This document shows, in pieces, positions 18,409 through 31,904 of a DNA stretch of 64,000 nt. The DNA lies in NCBI RefSeq assembly GCF_009914755.1, contig NC_060938.1; one strand, given 5' to 3'. The translations under genes and the position numbers were made by a program. Origin of the DNA: the human T2T-CHM13v2.0 reference genome, Homo sapiens. Under the pieces are notes generated by a model. It had not been told where the DNA came from, did no database searches, and was given only the letters and a program-made list of their open reading frames with translations. Numbering within the stretch: the first letter of the stretch is position 1; every line of letters begins with the position of its first letter.

Positions 18409-18786
18409 TTTATCAGTCAGGGTTCGACCAGAGAAACAGAATTAATGAAGATATATATTAAGAAATTTATTTTAAGGAATTGGTTTATGCAGTTGTAGGG
18501 ACTAGCTGGTCACAAAGAAGAGCAGGTTTTGACTCTTGGGCTGAAGCTGAATTTTCTGTCCATAGATAGGATTTCTTCTTCAAACAAGCTTCAGCACTGC
18601 TGTGATCATGGTGGACCTTATTCAATTAATTGAATCAGGATAATCTTCCTTACTTGAAGGCAACTGATTGTAAACTTAATCACATCTACAAAATGCCTTT
18701 CAAACAATATTATCTTGGATTTTTTTTTTTTTGAATTACTGGGAATTGTAATATATACAGGTTAACACGTGAAACTACCCATCACA
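18409..18786 (-). mobile_element. 3' LTR (MLT2-type)
   Basis: 'tatcagtcagggtt...agagaaacag' through 'aaactacccatcaca'; followed by degenerate PPT-side internal sequence. Confidence 0.85.
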
Positions 18787-19225
18787 GTTTACCGTTTGTT
18801 GACTTGGCACCCCTGTACATTTTCTTAAACCACATATATTAGTCAAATAAAGAAAATTACAAAGTCTTACTTTGATCTTTCTGCATACTACTGAAAATAC
18901 ACAAATGCTTTCCACAGAAGAGAATGCAAAGCCCTTGGGTGATGTTTCCTCTTCTTTGATATAACTGTAACACTGCATTATTATAATACATCTTCCATGA
19001 GATCATAAGAGGAGGAGAGAAGAAATAAAAGAAAAAAATATGTTTGTTTAAAATATACTAACATATTCCTGACAAAATAGGGAGAGGAATTCATAACTAT
19101 TACATTCCTTTTTTTCTGCAACATGGTCATAATTGCTATTTATAACTATCTTCTTTCATTACATATTTCATATTCCCTTTACCCTCACAAGCACCTGAGC
19201 TGGTTGTGGTTTTTGTATGGTGGGA

Positions 19226-19685
19226 CATACTAGTTTCCTGTAGCTGTCATAGCAAATTACTGCAGGCTTTTGGCTTAAAACAATAGAAATTTATTGTCAC
19301 AGTTATAAAAGCTGGAAATTCAAAGTAAAAGTGTTGGCAGGGCCCACTCTTTCCAGGAGCTCTATGGGAGACCCATCCGTTGTCTCTTGCAGCTTCCAGT
19401 GGTTGTTCTAGTATTCCTGAGCTTGTGGCTGCATTGCTTCAGTCTCTGCCTTTGTAATCACATTGATTCCTCCTCTTTTATGTGTCTGTTTCAAAATTCC
19501 CTCTGCTTGTCTCTTATAAGGATACATGTGACTGCATTTAGGGTCCACCTAGAAAATCCAGGATAACCTTCTTCTTTGAAGATTCTTAATTACATTTTTT
19601 TTCATAAAAGTTAGTATTTTCTCAGATGATAGGAATTTGGATTTGGGCATATCCTTTTAAGGGTCCAAAATTCAGCCCACTCCAT
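19226..19685 (-). mobile_element. MLT1 (MaLR) solo LTR nested in ERV-L
   Basis: 'ggcttaaaacaatagaaatttattg...cttataaggatacatgtga...aattcagcccac'. Confidence 0.85.
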
Positions 19686-20124
19686 AGGATAACCCAAACC
19701 TTCATTTCTGAAGGGTCTGTTCATTATCACTATGGTCTGAATTGATTTGTTGATGTTTTCCATTGACTTTATTTACAAGTCATGGTAGTACTAATAGATA
19801 CCCTAAAAGATCACCTATATTCCAGTTTTACTTTATTTTTAATACCTCCAATTTTGTTTTAACAGTTGTATTTTCCATTAGTAATTAGGATTAGTCACCC
19901 AGCTAGAAGATTAACTCCTTTATTTGTCTGTTGATTCAGAGGCAAAAGGAGTCAAAATAGACTTATAATATTCTCAGAGTTTCAGTTCAGTGGAATCAAT
20001 ATTGTGTATTCTGGTGGAAATATTTTTTCCTCAAAAGCAGAGACCTCTGGACCAGAAGAGTGTAAGCACAGGGACGGAAGCAAAAATTTTGCTAGTGAGT
20101 CACCAGGGATAATAGTAAATGGTA

Positions 20125-20430
20125 GACTGGGTGCAGTGGGTCACACCTGTAATCCCAGCATTTTGGGAGGCCAAAGCGGGTAGATCACTTGAGGTCAGGA
20201 GTTTTAGAGCAGCCTGGCCAACATAGTGAAACCCCATCTCTACCAAGAAAGACAAAAATTAGCCAGGTGTGGTGGTGCACGCCTGTAGTCACAGCTACTA
20301 GGGAGATTGAGGTGTGAGAATCGCTTGAACCCAGGAGGCGGGGGTTGCAGTGAGCTGAGATAGGCCACTGCACTCCAGCCTGGGTGACAGAGAGAGACCC
20401 TGTCTCAAAAAAATAAATAAATTAATTAAT
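20125..20430 (+). mobile_element. AluS nested in ERV-L
   Basis: Alu dimer; flanking aaatggt repeat. Confidence 0.96.
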
Positions 20431-21534
20431 CAACTTATTAAAAAGGAAATGGTGCTACTTCCATTTTCATTCATTGATTTCTGGATCTGTGAATTCTGTC
20501 TATGAAAAATAGTGCTATACATCAGATAACAGTTTAGGGCATATATGTCATTATGGAAGACATTGCTCCAACCTACAACCTTTCTACAATGCTTATTGTC
20601 ATGATAACTGAGTCTTCAACAGGTAGTAATATTATTTTATCAAGCTAGATGGTTCATAATGATTGGAGAACATGGTAATACCAGTAATTTCATGAACATG
20701 GTTCCATTGCTGCACTTCATCCATTGTGAAGTGAATCATTTGATCATAGGCAGTGCTATGTAGAATACTGTGAATGTGAATACCACATTCTGTAAGTCCA
20801 TAGATGGTAGTTTTGGCAGAACTATTGAATGCATGAAAGGCAAATCCATGTCCGGAGTAAGTGTCTATTCTAGAAAAAACAATGAGCTGCCCCTTTCAGG
20901 ATGAAACTGTTCTAATATTATCAGTCTATCACTAGATATCTGGCTTATCTCCTTGGAAAATGATGACACATCAGGGATTCAGTTTTGGTCTCCACTGCTG
21001 TCAGAATGGGCACTTAGTAGTTGCTGTCACCAAGTTGGTCTTTGTGAGTGGATGTTCATGTTGCTGAGCCCATACACAGCCCTCATCCCTGTCACCATGG
21101 CCGCTTTGTTTATGATCCCATTTGGTGATGACAGGGATAGCTAAGAAAAGAGGCTGACTGGTATCCATAGAATGGTTCATTCATTTTTTTCCACTTGATT
21201 ATTAAAATCTTACTCTCTTGAAGTCACCCTTTGGTAAGCATTCATATGAAACACAAATATCTTCAAATTCATTCCCTGGAGAATTCTATACATATATCAA
21301 TTCTCCAGACCTTATTATTGACAATTACCCATTTGGGTACATCCTGATTATCAAGCCAAACCATTGGCAACAGCCAATCAGAGTAATGAACTCTTACTCC
21401 TGACCATTTCTCCTTTAGGGAAAAATGAACAACCAGGTTAGCTGCTCAAAATTCTGCCTACTGAGAATATTTCCCTTCATGTCTGTTCTTCAATGATGTC
21501 TCAAAATGAGCTGCAGGGCCACAGCTTGCTTTCT

Positions 21535-22479
21535 TTTTTAACTTTTAAGTTCAGGTGTACAAGTGCAGGTTTGTTACATAAGTAAACTTGTGTCATGGGA
21601 GTTTGTTGTAAAGATTATTTCTAAACCAGGTATTAAGCCTATAGTCATTAGTTATTTTTCCTGATCCTCTCCCTCCTTCCATCCTCCACCCTCCGATAGG
21701 CCCCAGTGTTTGTTGTTCCCCACTATGTGTTCATGTGTTCTCATCATTTAGCTCCCACTAGTAAGAGAGAACATGTGGTGTTTGGTTTTCTGTTCCTCCC
21801 CTAGTTTGCTAAGGATAATGGCCTCCAGCCCCATCCATTGTTGGGAGAAAAGCTAAGTGTTGGGAGAAGCTGAGGCAGGGCTTGCATGTCTGACATAATG
21901 TAAAAGAGTGTTGGAACATGTCCGGGGTCCAGGGTCTAAAACCTCCTGTGGCCTTTGGAACACCAAGCTCTGTACTAAAGGGTGGACGGCTACCCTGATG
22001 CACCATAGTCTAAGCCCAGGGCATAAAACCCCTTGTGGCTTGGACAGAATCCAGGGCTCAGGGTATAAAACCCCTTGTAGCCTCTGGAATGTGTATAGAC
22101 TTGCTGGCTCCTTGCTCCTTGCTCTCCCAGGATTGATTGTATCTTGAATTAAAGCACCTGCTCTCCATTATCTCAAGTAGCAGAGCAGATGCTAAAGTGT
22201 CACAGCTGTAAATCATGTGATTAATGCAATGATCCCTTTCAACCCCACATTCTCACCACTTGTTTCTTTATCACCAGTAAATAGTCTGGGCTTCCAGAGC
22301 TTGGGACCTTCACAGCTTCCACACTCGTGATGGTCCCCTGGACCCACTTTCTCTCTCAAACTGTCTTTTCTCATTCTTTTGACTCCCCCGGACTTTGTTG
22401 CCCCCACAACCTGGGGTTGGGTCTGATCACCCTAACATCCATGTCCCTGCAAAGACATTATCTAATTCTTCTTTACGGC
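21535..22479 (-). mobile_element. Short L1PA/L1PB 3' insertion nested in ERV-L RNase H region
   Basis: L1 3' UTR on minus; TSD tgctttct at 21527-21534 and 22480-22487. Confidence 0.9.
21839..22437 (+). mobile_element. LTR14B-like (HERV-K14/HML-1) solo LTR
   Basis: TG...CA termini, 'tgttgggagaaaagctaagtgttgggagaagctgagg' start, TSD tccat at 21834-21838 and 22438-22442. Confidence 0.88.
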
Positions 22480-22524
22480 TGCTTTCTACTTTCATGGAGT
22501 TCTTGCATATCTTGCACCACCATT

Positions 22525-22765
22525 TATGATTATAACTATTGATGCATAATAGTTGTACACTGTTTTGTGGCACATGTGGCAATTTAATGCATTCATATAA
22601 TTTGTAAATATCAAATCAATGTACTTGAGATATCTATCACCCTAAATATTTGTCTTTTCTTTATGCTAGAAATGTTCAATTTATTCTCCTCTAGCTTTTT
22701 TAAGATGTAAAATAGATTATGGTAAACAGTCACAGTACTGATGTATCTATCACTAGGTCTTATTT
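22525..22765 (-). mobile_element. L1MA-type 3' fragment nested in ERV-L
   Basis: 'tgcataatagttgtacac...caaatcaatgtacttgagatatctatcacc'. Confidence 0.7.
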
Positions 22766-23069
22766 ATAGTATGATAGAAGAAATAAGAGCATCTTTAAAC
22801 CTGGCCTGAATTTTCTCTTCTGTTGTCAACTTCTCAGAGGGAACTCCCTGTGAGTACATAAGGATTATATGAAACAGAAAGATAACATAGCAGGAGTAGG
22901 GGCCAAGGCCACCTCTGAAAGGACATCTCAACATGCCCCATGCCACTGGTTCTCAAGAAATTTCACTGAAGTAGAACCTCTAAATTTTTGTAATATTTAT
23001 TTCTTAGCCTCTGACACAAAAGTTCCTTATCAATATGTCTAGATAAAATACTACAATCTGCTAATGATA

Positions 23070-23400
23070 GCTAATTTCATAATATCATCAATGAAATGAA
23101 GCAACATAATGTCTTGTGGAAGAGAACAGCAAGCATGGTCTGTATGGAATAAATTATGACATGGGGCTGGAGAGTTGACACAGGCCTAAAATAGAATAGT
23201 GAAGATGTATTACAGGAAGCAACTGCTTTCTGTGATCTTATTGACAGATATTGAAAAAGAAAAACATTTGTCTGTTTAGCTGCATACCAGATGTGAAAAG
23301 ATGTACTAATTTTCTCAAGCAACAAAACCACAATTGGAATAACAGCTATAATTACAGTTACCAGATGATTAAGTTTATGATAATCCACTCTCATTCATCA
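23070..23400 (-). pseudogene. ERV-L pol reverse-transcriptase remnant
   Basis: RVDYHKLNHLVTVIIAVIP...LLEKI...WYAA matches the ERV-L RT; HFIDDIM (YxDD-derived) in another frame at ~23080-23100. Confidence 0.85.
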
Positions 23401-24728
23401 GGATCCATCTGCTTTTTGTACAAGCCAAATAGGCAAGTTCATCGTTGATTTTCGGGAATTCCACCTGCATCTTTCAAGTTCTTGGTGGTGGCACTGATTG
23501 ATGCAATATATCCAGGAATGGAGCATTGCTTTCAGTTTACTGTTTTTGCAGTTAAAGGCAGTTCTGGTGGCTGCTGCTTAGCCTAATAACCCTTATTCTA
23601 CAAGTCAGAGACCTGATGTGGGAATTTTAAGTGTTATCTATTCCAATTATACATTCCAGACCTGGGAAAATAAGTATTGGATGAGGTCATGGACCCAATA
23701 GGTCAACTGTAATATGACCTGAGCTAAAACTCCATTGATTACCTGACCTGCAGAGCCCCTATGGTGACTGGTGGACCCTAGTGAAGTTTTATGTATCCTG
23801 GAATTAGTATCAGTTCAGGGATTATAGTATCCAGTATTTCCTGAATACTCTAATTATTTCACTTTTACCTTGGTAAATGGACATGGATTACTTGGGGAAG
23901 GGAGGAAGAATGATTAACAATACAAATTTTTGGTAACGTAGCAGAGGCCTTCCTCTAGGGGACTCAGTCTCCCTTTTATTCATTCTATAAACTGGCTCAA
24001 CTCTGGGAATTGGGGGACCATGAATCTTTCTTTTGGTGATTCAGGTTAGATTTCTGTTCTCTATGCCTAGTAATGGTGAACTTCTTGTCACCATCCTCTG
24101 CTAAAACATATCCAATACAGATTTAATACAGTTCCCATCTGTTTCTTTCTTAGGGACACTAGCCAATGCCATAGGTTTCTGTTAGACAAATTGTTCTGGT
24201 TAATTATTTGAAACCATTATCTATCAGAGTATGGCCAAGTTGCTTTGACAACTAAATACTGCGACTGAGCCACTACCACCCGGGGATCTCATTATCCCAT
24301 GACATTTAAGAATCCCAGTTTGATAGTGGAAGGCCTCACTGTGATTTCTGATTTCTGACCTATCAATAAGAGTGGGCATAAATCCCTTCAAGGATACTGG
24401 AGCTCCCCTCACAAATGTTTTTATTAGAGACATGATAAAAGATATGTCCTCTAGAATCTCTTAAGACGAGTGAGGACATCTTACATTATATATCTAGCAT
24501 AATATTTCAATCTCCCTAAGTCTTTAAATATCTTCCTCTACACTATACCAGGGGAGTTGTTGGTATTGGTATTTAAATTTTATTTAGTACAGGCCACCTT
24601 TGGGTCCACGTTTCAGCCAACCAAATAAACAAAAGTTAGAGCCTTCTGTAAATCATTGAGCTAAAATATTAAATGCAGAATTTTCATTTAATGGGCCCAT
24701 ATCAATCAATTCAGGCTGATTGAACTTT

Positions 24729-27700
24729 TGTTTGTTTACTTGTTGTGTTTTTTGGGTTTTTTTTGCATGTGTCTTTTCTTTTTTTTTTTTTTAATACTTA
24801 AGTTCTGGGATACATGGGCAGAACCTGCAGGTTTGTTACATAGGTATACTTGTGCCATGGTGGTTTGCTGCACCCATCAACCTGTCATCTACATTAGGTA
24901 TTTCTCCTAATGCTATCCCTCCCCTTGCCCCCCACCCCCCGACAGGCCCCAGTGTGTGATGTTCCCCTCCCTGTGCCCATATGTTCTCATTGTTCAACTC
25001 CCACTTATGGTGAGAACATGCGGTGTTTGGTTTTCTGTTCCTGTGTTAGTTTGCTGAGCATGATGGTTTCCACCTTCATCCATATCCCTGCAAATGAAAT
25101 GAACTCATTCTACCTTATCTCTGTGTAATATTCCATGGTGTATGTGTGCCACATTTTCTTTGTCCAGTTTATCATTGATGAGCATTTGGGTTGGTTCCAA
25201 GTCTTTGCTATTGTGAACAGTTCTGCAATAAATATATGTGTGCATGAGTCTTTATAGTAGAGTGATTTATAATCCTTTGGGTATATACCCAGTAATGGGA
25301 TTGCTGGTTCAAATGGCATTTCTGGTTCTAGATCCTTGAGGAATCGCTATACTGTCTTCCACAATGGTTGAACTAATTTATACTCCCACCAACAGTGTAA
25401 AAGTGTTCCTATTTCTCCACATCCTCTCCAGCATCCGTTGTTTTCTGATTTTTTAATGATCGCCATTCTAACTGGTGTGAGATGGTATCTCATTGTAGTT
25501 TTGATTTGCATTTCTCTAATGACCAGTGATGATGAGCTTTTTTTCAAATGTTTGTTGGCTGCATAAATGTTTTTTTTTGAGAAATGTCTGTTCATATCTT
25601 TTGCCCACTTTTTGATGGGGCTGTTTTTTTTTTCTTGTAAATTTGTTTCATTTCTTCATAGATTCTGGATATTAGCCCTTTGTCAGATGGCTAGATTGCA
25701 AAAATTTTCTCCTATTCTGTAGGTTGCCTGTTTACTCTGATGATAGTTTTTTTTTCTTTTCTTTTTCTTCTCTTTTTCTTTTTTCTTTTCTGTGCAGAAG
25801 CTCTTTAGTTTAATTAGATCCCATTTGTCAATTCTGGCTTTTGTTGCTATTGCTTTTGGTGTTTTAGTCATGAAGTCTTTGCCCATGTCCATGTCATGAA
25901 TGGTATTGCCTAGGTTTTCTTCTAGGGTTTTTATGGTTTTATGTCTTACATTTAAGTCTTTAATCCATCTTGAGTTAATTTTTGTATAAGGTGTAAGGAA
26001 GGGGTCCAGTTTCAGTTTTCTGCATATAGCTAGCCAATTTTACCAACACCACTTATTAAATAGGGGATCCTTTTCCTATTGCTTTTTTGTGTCAGGTTTG
26101 TTAAAAATCAGTTAGTTGTAGATGTGTGGTGTTATTTCTGAGGCCTCTGTTCTGTTTCCTTGGTCTATATCTCTGTTTTGGTACCAGTACCATGCTGTTT
26201 TGGTTACTGTAGCCTTGAAGTATAGTTTGAACTCAGGTAGCATGGTGCCTCAACCTTTATTCTTTTTGCTTAGGATTGTCTTGGCTGTGTGAGCTCTCTT
26301 TTGGTTCCATGTGAAATTTAAGGTAGTTTTTTTTCTATGAAGAAAGTCATTGGTAGCTTGATGGGAATAGCATTGAATCTATAAATTACTTTGGGTAGTA
26401 TGTCCATTTTCAAAATATTGATTCTTCCTATCAATGATCATGGATATTTTTTCCATTTGTTTTTGTCCTCTCTTATTTCCTTGAGCAGTGGTTTGTAGTT
26501 CTCTTTGAAGAGGTCCTTCACATCCTTTGTAAAGTCATATTCCTGGATATTTTATTCTCTTTGTAGCAATTGTGAATGGGAGTTCACTCATGATTTGGTT
26601 CTCTGTTTGTCTATTATTGGTGTATGTGAATGCTTGTCATTTTTGAACATTGATTGTGTGTCCTGAGACTTCGCTAAGTTGCTTATCAGCTTAAGGAGTT
26701 TTGGGGCTGAGATGATGGGGTTTTCTAAATATACAATCATGTCATCTGCGAACAGAGATAATTTGACTTCCTCTCTTTTTATTTGAATATCCTTTATTTC
26801 TGTCTCTTGCCTGATTGCCCTGGCCAGAACTTCCGAAACTATGTTGAATAGGAGTGGTGAGAGGGGGTACCCTTGTCTTGTGCCAATTTTCAAAGGGAAT
26901 GCTTCCAACTTTTGCCCATTCAGTATGATAATGGCTGTGGGTTTGTCATAAATAGCTCTTATTATTTTGACATGCGTCATGGCTGATGTTTTTAGCATGA
27001 AGGGGTGTTGAATTTTATTGAAGGCCTTTTCTCCATCTATCGAGATAATCATGTGTTTTTGTCATTGGTTCTGTTTATGTGATGGATTATTTTTATTGAT
27101 TTGTGTATGTTGACTTAGCCTTGCATCCCAGGGATGAAGCCAACTTGATAGTGGTGGAAATGCTTTTTGATGTGCTGCTGGATTTGGTTTGCCAGTATTT
27201 TATTGAGGATTTTCGCATGGATATTCATCAGGGATATTGGCCTAAAATATTATTTTTTTGTTGTGTTTCTGCCAGGTTTTGGTATCAGGATGATGCTAGC
27301 TTTATAAAAGGAGTTACGGATGAGTCCCTCTTTTTCTATTGCTTGGAATAATTTTAGAAAGAATGATACCAGCTCCTCTTTGTACCTCTAGTAGAATTCC
27401 ACTGTGAATCCATCTGGTCTTGGGCTTTTTTTGGTTGGCAGCTATTAATTACTGCCTCAATTTCAGAACTTGTTTTTGGTCTATTCAGTGGTTCGACTTC
27501 TTCCTCATTTAGTCTTGGGAGGATTTATGTGTCCAGGAATTTATCCATTTTTTCTAGATGTTCTAGTTTATTTGCATAGAAGTGTGTATAGTATTATCTG
27601 ATGGTAGATTGTATTTCTGTGGGATCAGTAGTAACATCCCCTTTATCATTTTTTTATTGTGTCTATTTGATTCTTCTATTTTTTCTTCTTTATTAGTCTG

Positions 27701-30700
27701 ACTAGCAGTCTATCTATTTTGTTCTTCTTTTCAAAAAACCAGCTCCTGGATTCAATGATTTTTTGAATGGTTTTTTTGTGTCTCTATTGCCTTCAGCTCT
27801 GCTCTGATCTTAGTTATTTCTTGCGTTCTGCTAGCTTTTGAATTTGTTTCCTCTTGCTTCTCTAGTTCTTTTAATTGTGATGTTACGGTGTTGATTTTAG
27901 ATCTTTCCTGCTTTCTCTTGTGGGCATTTAGTGCTATGAATTTCCCTCTACACACTGCTTTAAATGTATCCCAGAGATTATGGTATGTTACTTCTTTGTT
28001 CTCATTGGTTTCAAAGAACATCTTTATTTCTGCCTTCATTTCATTATTTACACAGTAGTCATTCAGGAGCAGGTTGTTAGTTTCCATGTAGTTGTGCAGT
28101 TCTGAGTGAGTTTTTTAATCCTGAGTTCTAATTTGATTGCACTGTGGTCTGAGAGACTGTTAGTTATTATTTCTGTTCTTTTGCATTTGCTGAGGGGTGT
28201 TTTACTTCCAATTATGTGGTCAATTTTAGAATAATTGCTATGTAGTGCTCAGAAGAATGTATATTCTGTTGACTTGGGGTGTAGAGTTCTGTAGATATCT
28301 ATTATGTCCACTTGGTCCAGAGCTGAGTTCAAGTCCTGGATATCCTTGTTAATTTTCTGTCTTGTTGATCTGTCTAATATTGACAGTGGGGTGTTAAAGT
28401 CTCCCACTGTTATTGTGTGGGAGTCTAAGTCTCTCTGTAGGTCTGTAAGAACTTGCTTTATGAATCTGGGTGCTCCTGTATTGGGTGCATATATTTAGGA
28501 AAGTTAGCTTTTATTGTTGCATTGATTCCTTTACCATTATGTAATGCCCTTCTTTGTCTTTTTTGATCTTTGTGGGTTTAAAGTCTGTTTTATCAGAGAC
28601 TAGGGTTGCTACCCCTGCTTTTTTTGCTTTCCATGTGCTTGGTAAATCTTCCTCCATCCCTTTATTTTGAGCCTATGTATGTCTTTGCATATCAGATGGG
28701 TTTCCTGAATACAGCACACTGATGGGTCTTGACTCTTTATCCAATTTGCCAGCCTGTGTCTTTTAATTGGGGCATTTAGCCCATTTACATTTAAGGTTAA
28801 CATTGTTATGTGTATGTTTGATCCTATCATCTTGGTGCTAGCTGGTTATTTTGCCTATTAGTTGACGCAGTTTCTTCATAGTGTCAATGGTCTTTACATT
28901 TTGGTATGTTTTTGCAGTAGCTGGTACTGATTTTTCCTTTCCATATTTAGTGCTCCCTTCAGGAGCTCTTGTAAGGCAGGCCTGATGGTGACAAAATCCT
29001 TCAGCATTTGCTTGTCTGTAAAAGATTTTATTTCTCCTTCACTGATGAAGCTTAGTTTGGCAGGATATGAAATTCTGGGTTGAAATTTCTTTTCTGTAAG
29101 AATGTTTAATGTTGGCCCCCACTCTCTTCCGGTTTGCAGGGTTTCTGCGGAGAGATCCACTGTTAGTCTGATGGTCTTCCCTTTTTGGGTAACTTGACCT
29201 TTCTCTCTGGCTGCCTTTAACATTTTTTCCTTCATTTCAACCTTGATGAATCTGTTAATTATGTGTCTTGGGGCTTCTCTTCTTGAGGAGTATCTTTGTG
29301 GTTGCTCTTCTTGAGGAGTATCTTTGTGGTGTTCTCTGTATTTCTTGAATTTGAATGTTGGCCTGTCTTGCTAGGTTGGGGAAGTTCTCCTGGATAATAT
29401 CCTGAAGTGTGTTTTCCAACTTGGTTCCGTTCTCCCTGTCACTTTCAGGTATACCAATCAAATGTAGGTTTGATCTCTTCACATAGTCCTAAATTTATTG
29501 GAGGCTTTGTTCATTATTTTTCATTCTTTTTTCCCTAATCTTGTCTTTATGCTTTATTTCATTGAGTTGATCTTCAATCTCTGATATCCTTTCTTCAGCT
29601 TGATTGATTAGGCTGTTTATACTTGTGTATGCTTCATGAAGTTCTCATGCTGTGTTTTTCAACTCCATCAGGTCATTTATATTCTTCTCTAAACTTGTTA
29701 TTCTAGTTAGCAGTTCCTGTTACCTGTTTGGGCAGACACTGAGCTAGCTGCAGGAGTTTTTCTTCATACCCCAGTGGCGTCTGGAATGCCAGTGAGAGAG
29801 AACCGTTTACTCCCTTGGAAAAGAGGCTGAAGCCAGGGAGCAAAGTGGTCTTTCTCAGTGTATCCCACTCCAATGGAGCCCAACAAGCTAAGATCCACTG
29901 ACTTAGAATTCTTGCTGCCAGCACAGCAGTCTGAAGTCAACCTGGGACACTCGAATTTGGTGGGGAGAGGGGCATCTGCCATTACTGAGGCTTGAGTAGG
30001 TGGTTTTCCTCTTACGGTGTAAACAAAGCTTCCTGGATGTTCAGATGGGGTGGAGCCCACTCCAGTGCTGCAAAGCCGCTGTAGCCAGACTGGCCCTCTA
30101 GATTCTTCCTCTGTGGGCAGGGCATCTCTGAAAGAAAGGCAGCAGCCCCAGTCAGGGGCTTATAGATAAAACTTCCATCTCCCTGGGACTGAGCACCTGG
30201 GGGAAGGGACGGCTGTGGGCACAGCTTTAGCAGACATAAATGTTCCTGCCTGCCAGCTCTGAAGAGAGCAGTGAATCTCCCAGCACAGTGCTCAAGCTCT
30301 GCTAAGTGATAGACTGCCTCCTCAATTGGGTCCCTGATCCCCATGCCTCCTGACAGGGAGACACGTCCCAGCAGGGGTTGACAGACACCTCATACAGGAG
30401 AGCCCCAGCTGGTATATTGTGGTTGCCCCTCTGGGACGAACCATCCAGAGGAAGGAGCAGGCAGCAATCTTTGCTTTTCTGCAGTCTCTGCTGGTGATAC
30501 CCAGGAAACAGGGTCTGGAGTGGACCTCCAGAAAACTCCAGCAGACCTGCAGAAGAGGGGCCTGACTGTTAGCAGGAAAACTAGCAAACAGAAAGCAATA
30601 ACATCAACATCAAAATGAAGGATGACCACTCAAAAATCCCATATGAAGGTCACCAACATCAAAGACCAAAGGTAAGCAAATCCACAAAGATAAGCAAAAA

Positions 30701-30905
30701 TCAGTGCAAAAGGCTGAAAATTAAAAAAAAACAGAACGCCTCTTCTCCTCCAAAGGTTCACACCTCTGCCAGCAAAGGAACAAAACTGGATGGAAAATGA
30801 GTTTGATGAATTGACAGAAGTAGGCTTCAGAAGGTAGGTAATAACAAACTCCTACTAGCTAAAGGAGCATATTGTAACCCAATGCAAGGAAGCTAAGAAC
30901 CTTGA
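24729..30905 (-). mobile_element. Near-full-length L1PA (PA7/PA8-like) with inverted 5' UTR/ORF1 start (minus 24729-29725, plus 29724-30905)
   Basis: ORF2 (EN: TLNVNGLNAPIKR; RT: LFADDM) and ORF1 remnants on minus, 5' UTR on plus; TSD tgattgaacttt at 24717-24728 and 30903-30914. Confidence 0.95.
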
Positions 30906-31887
30906 TTGAACTTTATATTCTTTCTATGAAAAACCCATATCTTTAAGATTGGTTTCTACAGATATTCTGCTGATTTCTGTCTTTGTGGATGGGAATATGT
31001 TGTTGCAGTTATTTTGATATGCAGTGAACATATTTTGGGTTATACTTTGTACCTTACTCTTCAAGACTTTCTGGGACTTGATTTATTTATAAGTCTAGAA
31101 GCAAAAGAAGGGTAAAGAGGTTGATAGGCCTTGAGGAGAATCAGCAGCTCCATGCAAGGTAGCTTCCCCATGGGAGGTCATTAAAGGTTCTTTAGGCAAT
31201 AGAGGGCTAACCTCTTCAGGCAGAAGTGGAAGAACTTCTAGTAATGAAGACTCAGCAGATTTTATTTAGGAGTTAGATATACCCAGCTTTTTTGGAATCC
31301 TTCCGTATGTACTCATTCCAATTTTCTGGGTCCCATTTCTTCTCACTGAATGCCCTCATTTTAACAGATGCCACCCTGTGAGGTTAAGAACTTAATTTAA
31401 ATTGAAATTAAACCACTCACAGTTAGACTTTGAGTTGGGTTTTCAACAATATTGTCCTGGTGGCTACAGGATATAAGAGTTTCATTTAGGACAGATACAG
31501 AAGCTTTTAGTTCCTTAATGCAGAGCATGGACTGGGAATTTGGAGCCCTGAGCCTATTCTTCCTGACCGCAGCCTTCCTGATCCCAGGCTTCTTTCTCCA
31601 GTGTAGATAGGAGTAACTGGCTTATCTCATTATACTCTTTAACTTAATTAAAATGTTCTAGATGGCAGGTACATGGTCACCCATAAAGACTGCACCTTTT
31701 GTAGGTATTTGATTAGGAGTCTCCAATGGTGGTATTTTGTGTACCTCTTTCATGCTATGTACTACTGATGCCCTCTTTTTTAACTAGAAAAAGAATCATT
31801 AGTGACTTTAATCAAATTATAGAAATAATACCAGAAAACCTGGAACCAATTCAACAAAACTTATTCTTAAATGCTTTTCCTGTAGAA

Positions 31888-31902
31888 CCACTTCTGATAC
31901 CA
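31888..31902 (-). promoter_or_regulatory. ERV-L primer-binding site (tRNA-Leu)
   Basis: Minus strand TGGTATCAGAAGTGG next to the 5' LTR; near-complementary to the tRNA-Leu 3' end (..CCACTTCTGACACCA). Confidence 0.8.
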
Positions 31903-31904
31903 AA

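Noticed and set aside
21930-22085. Three 'taaaacc..tgtg' repeats as a novel array
   Set aside because: Internal repeats of the LTR14B-type LTR.
24729-24792. Heterogeneous L1 tail as a 3' transduction
   Set aside because: Too short and low-complexity to distinguish from a decayed poly(A) tail.
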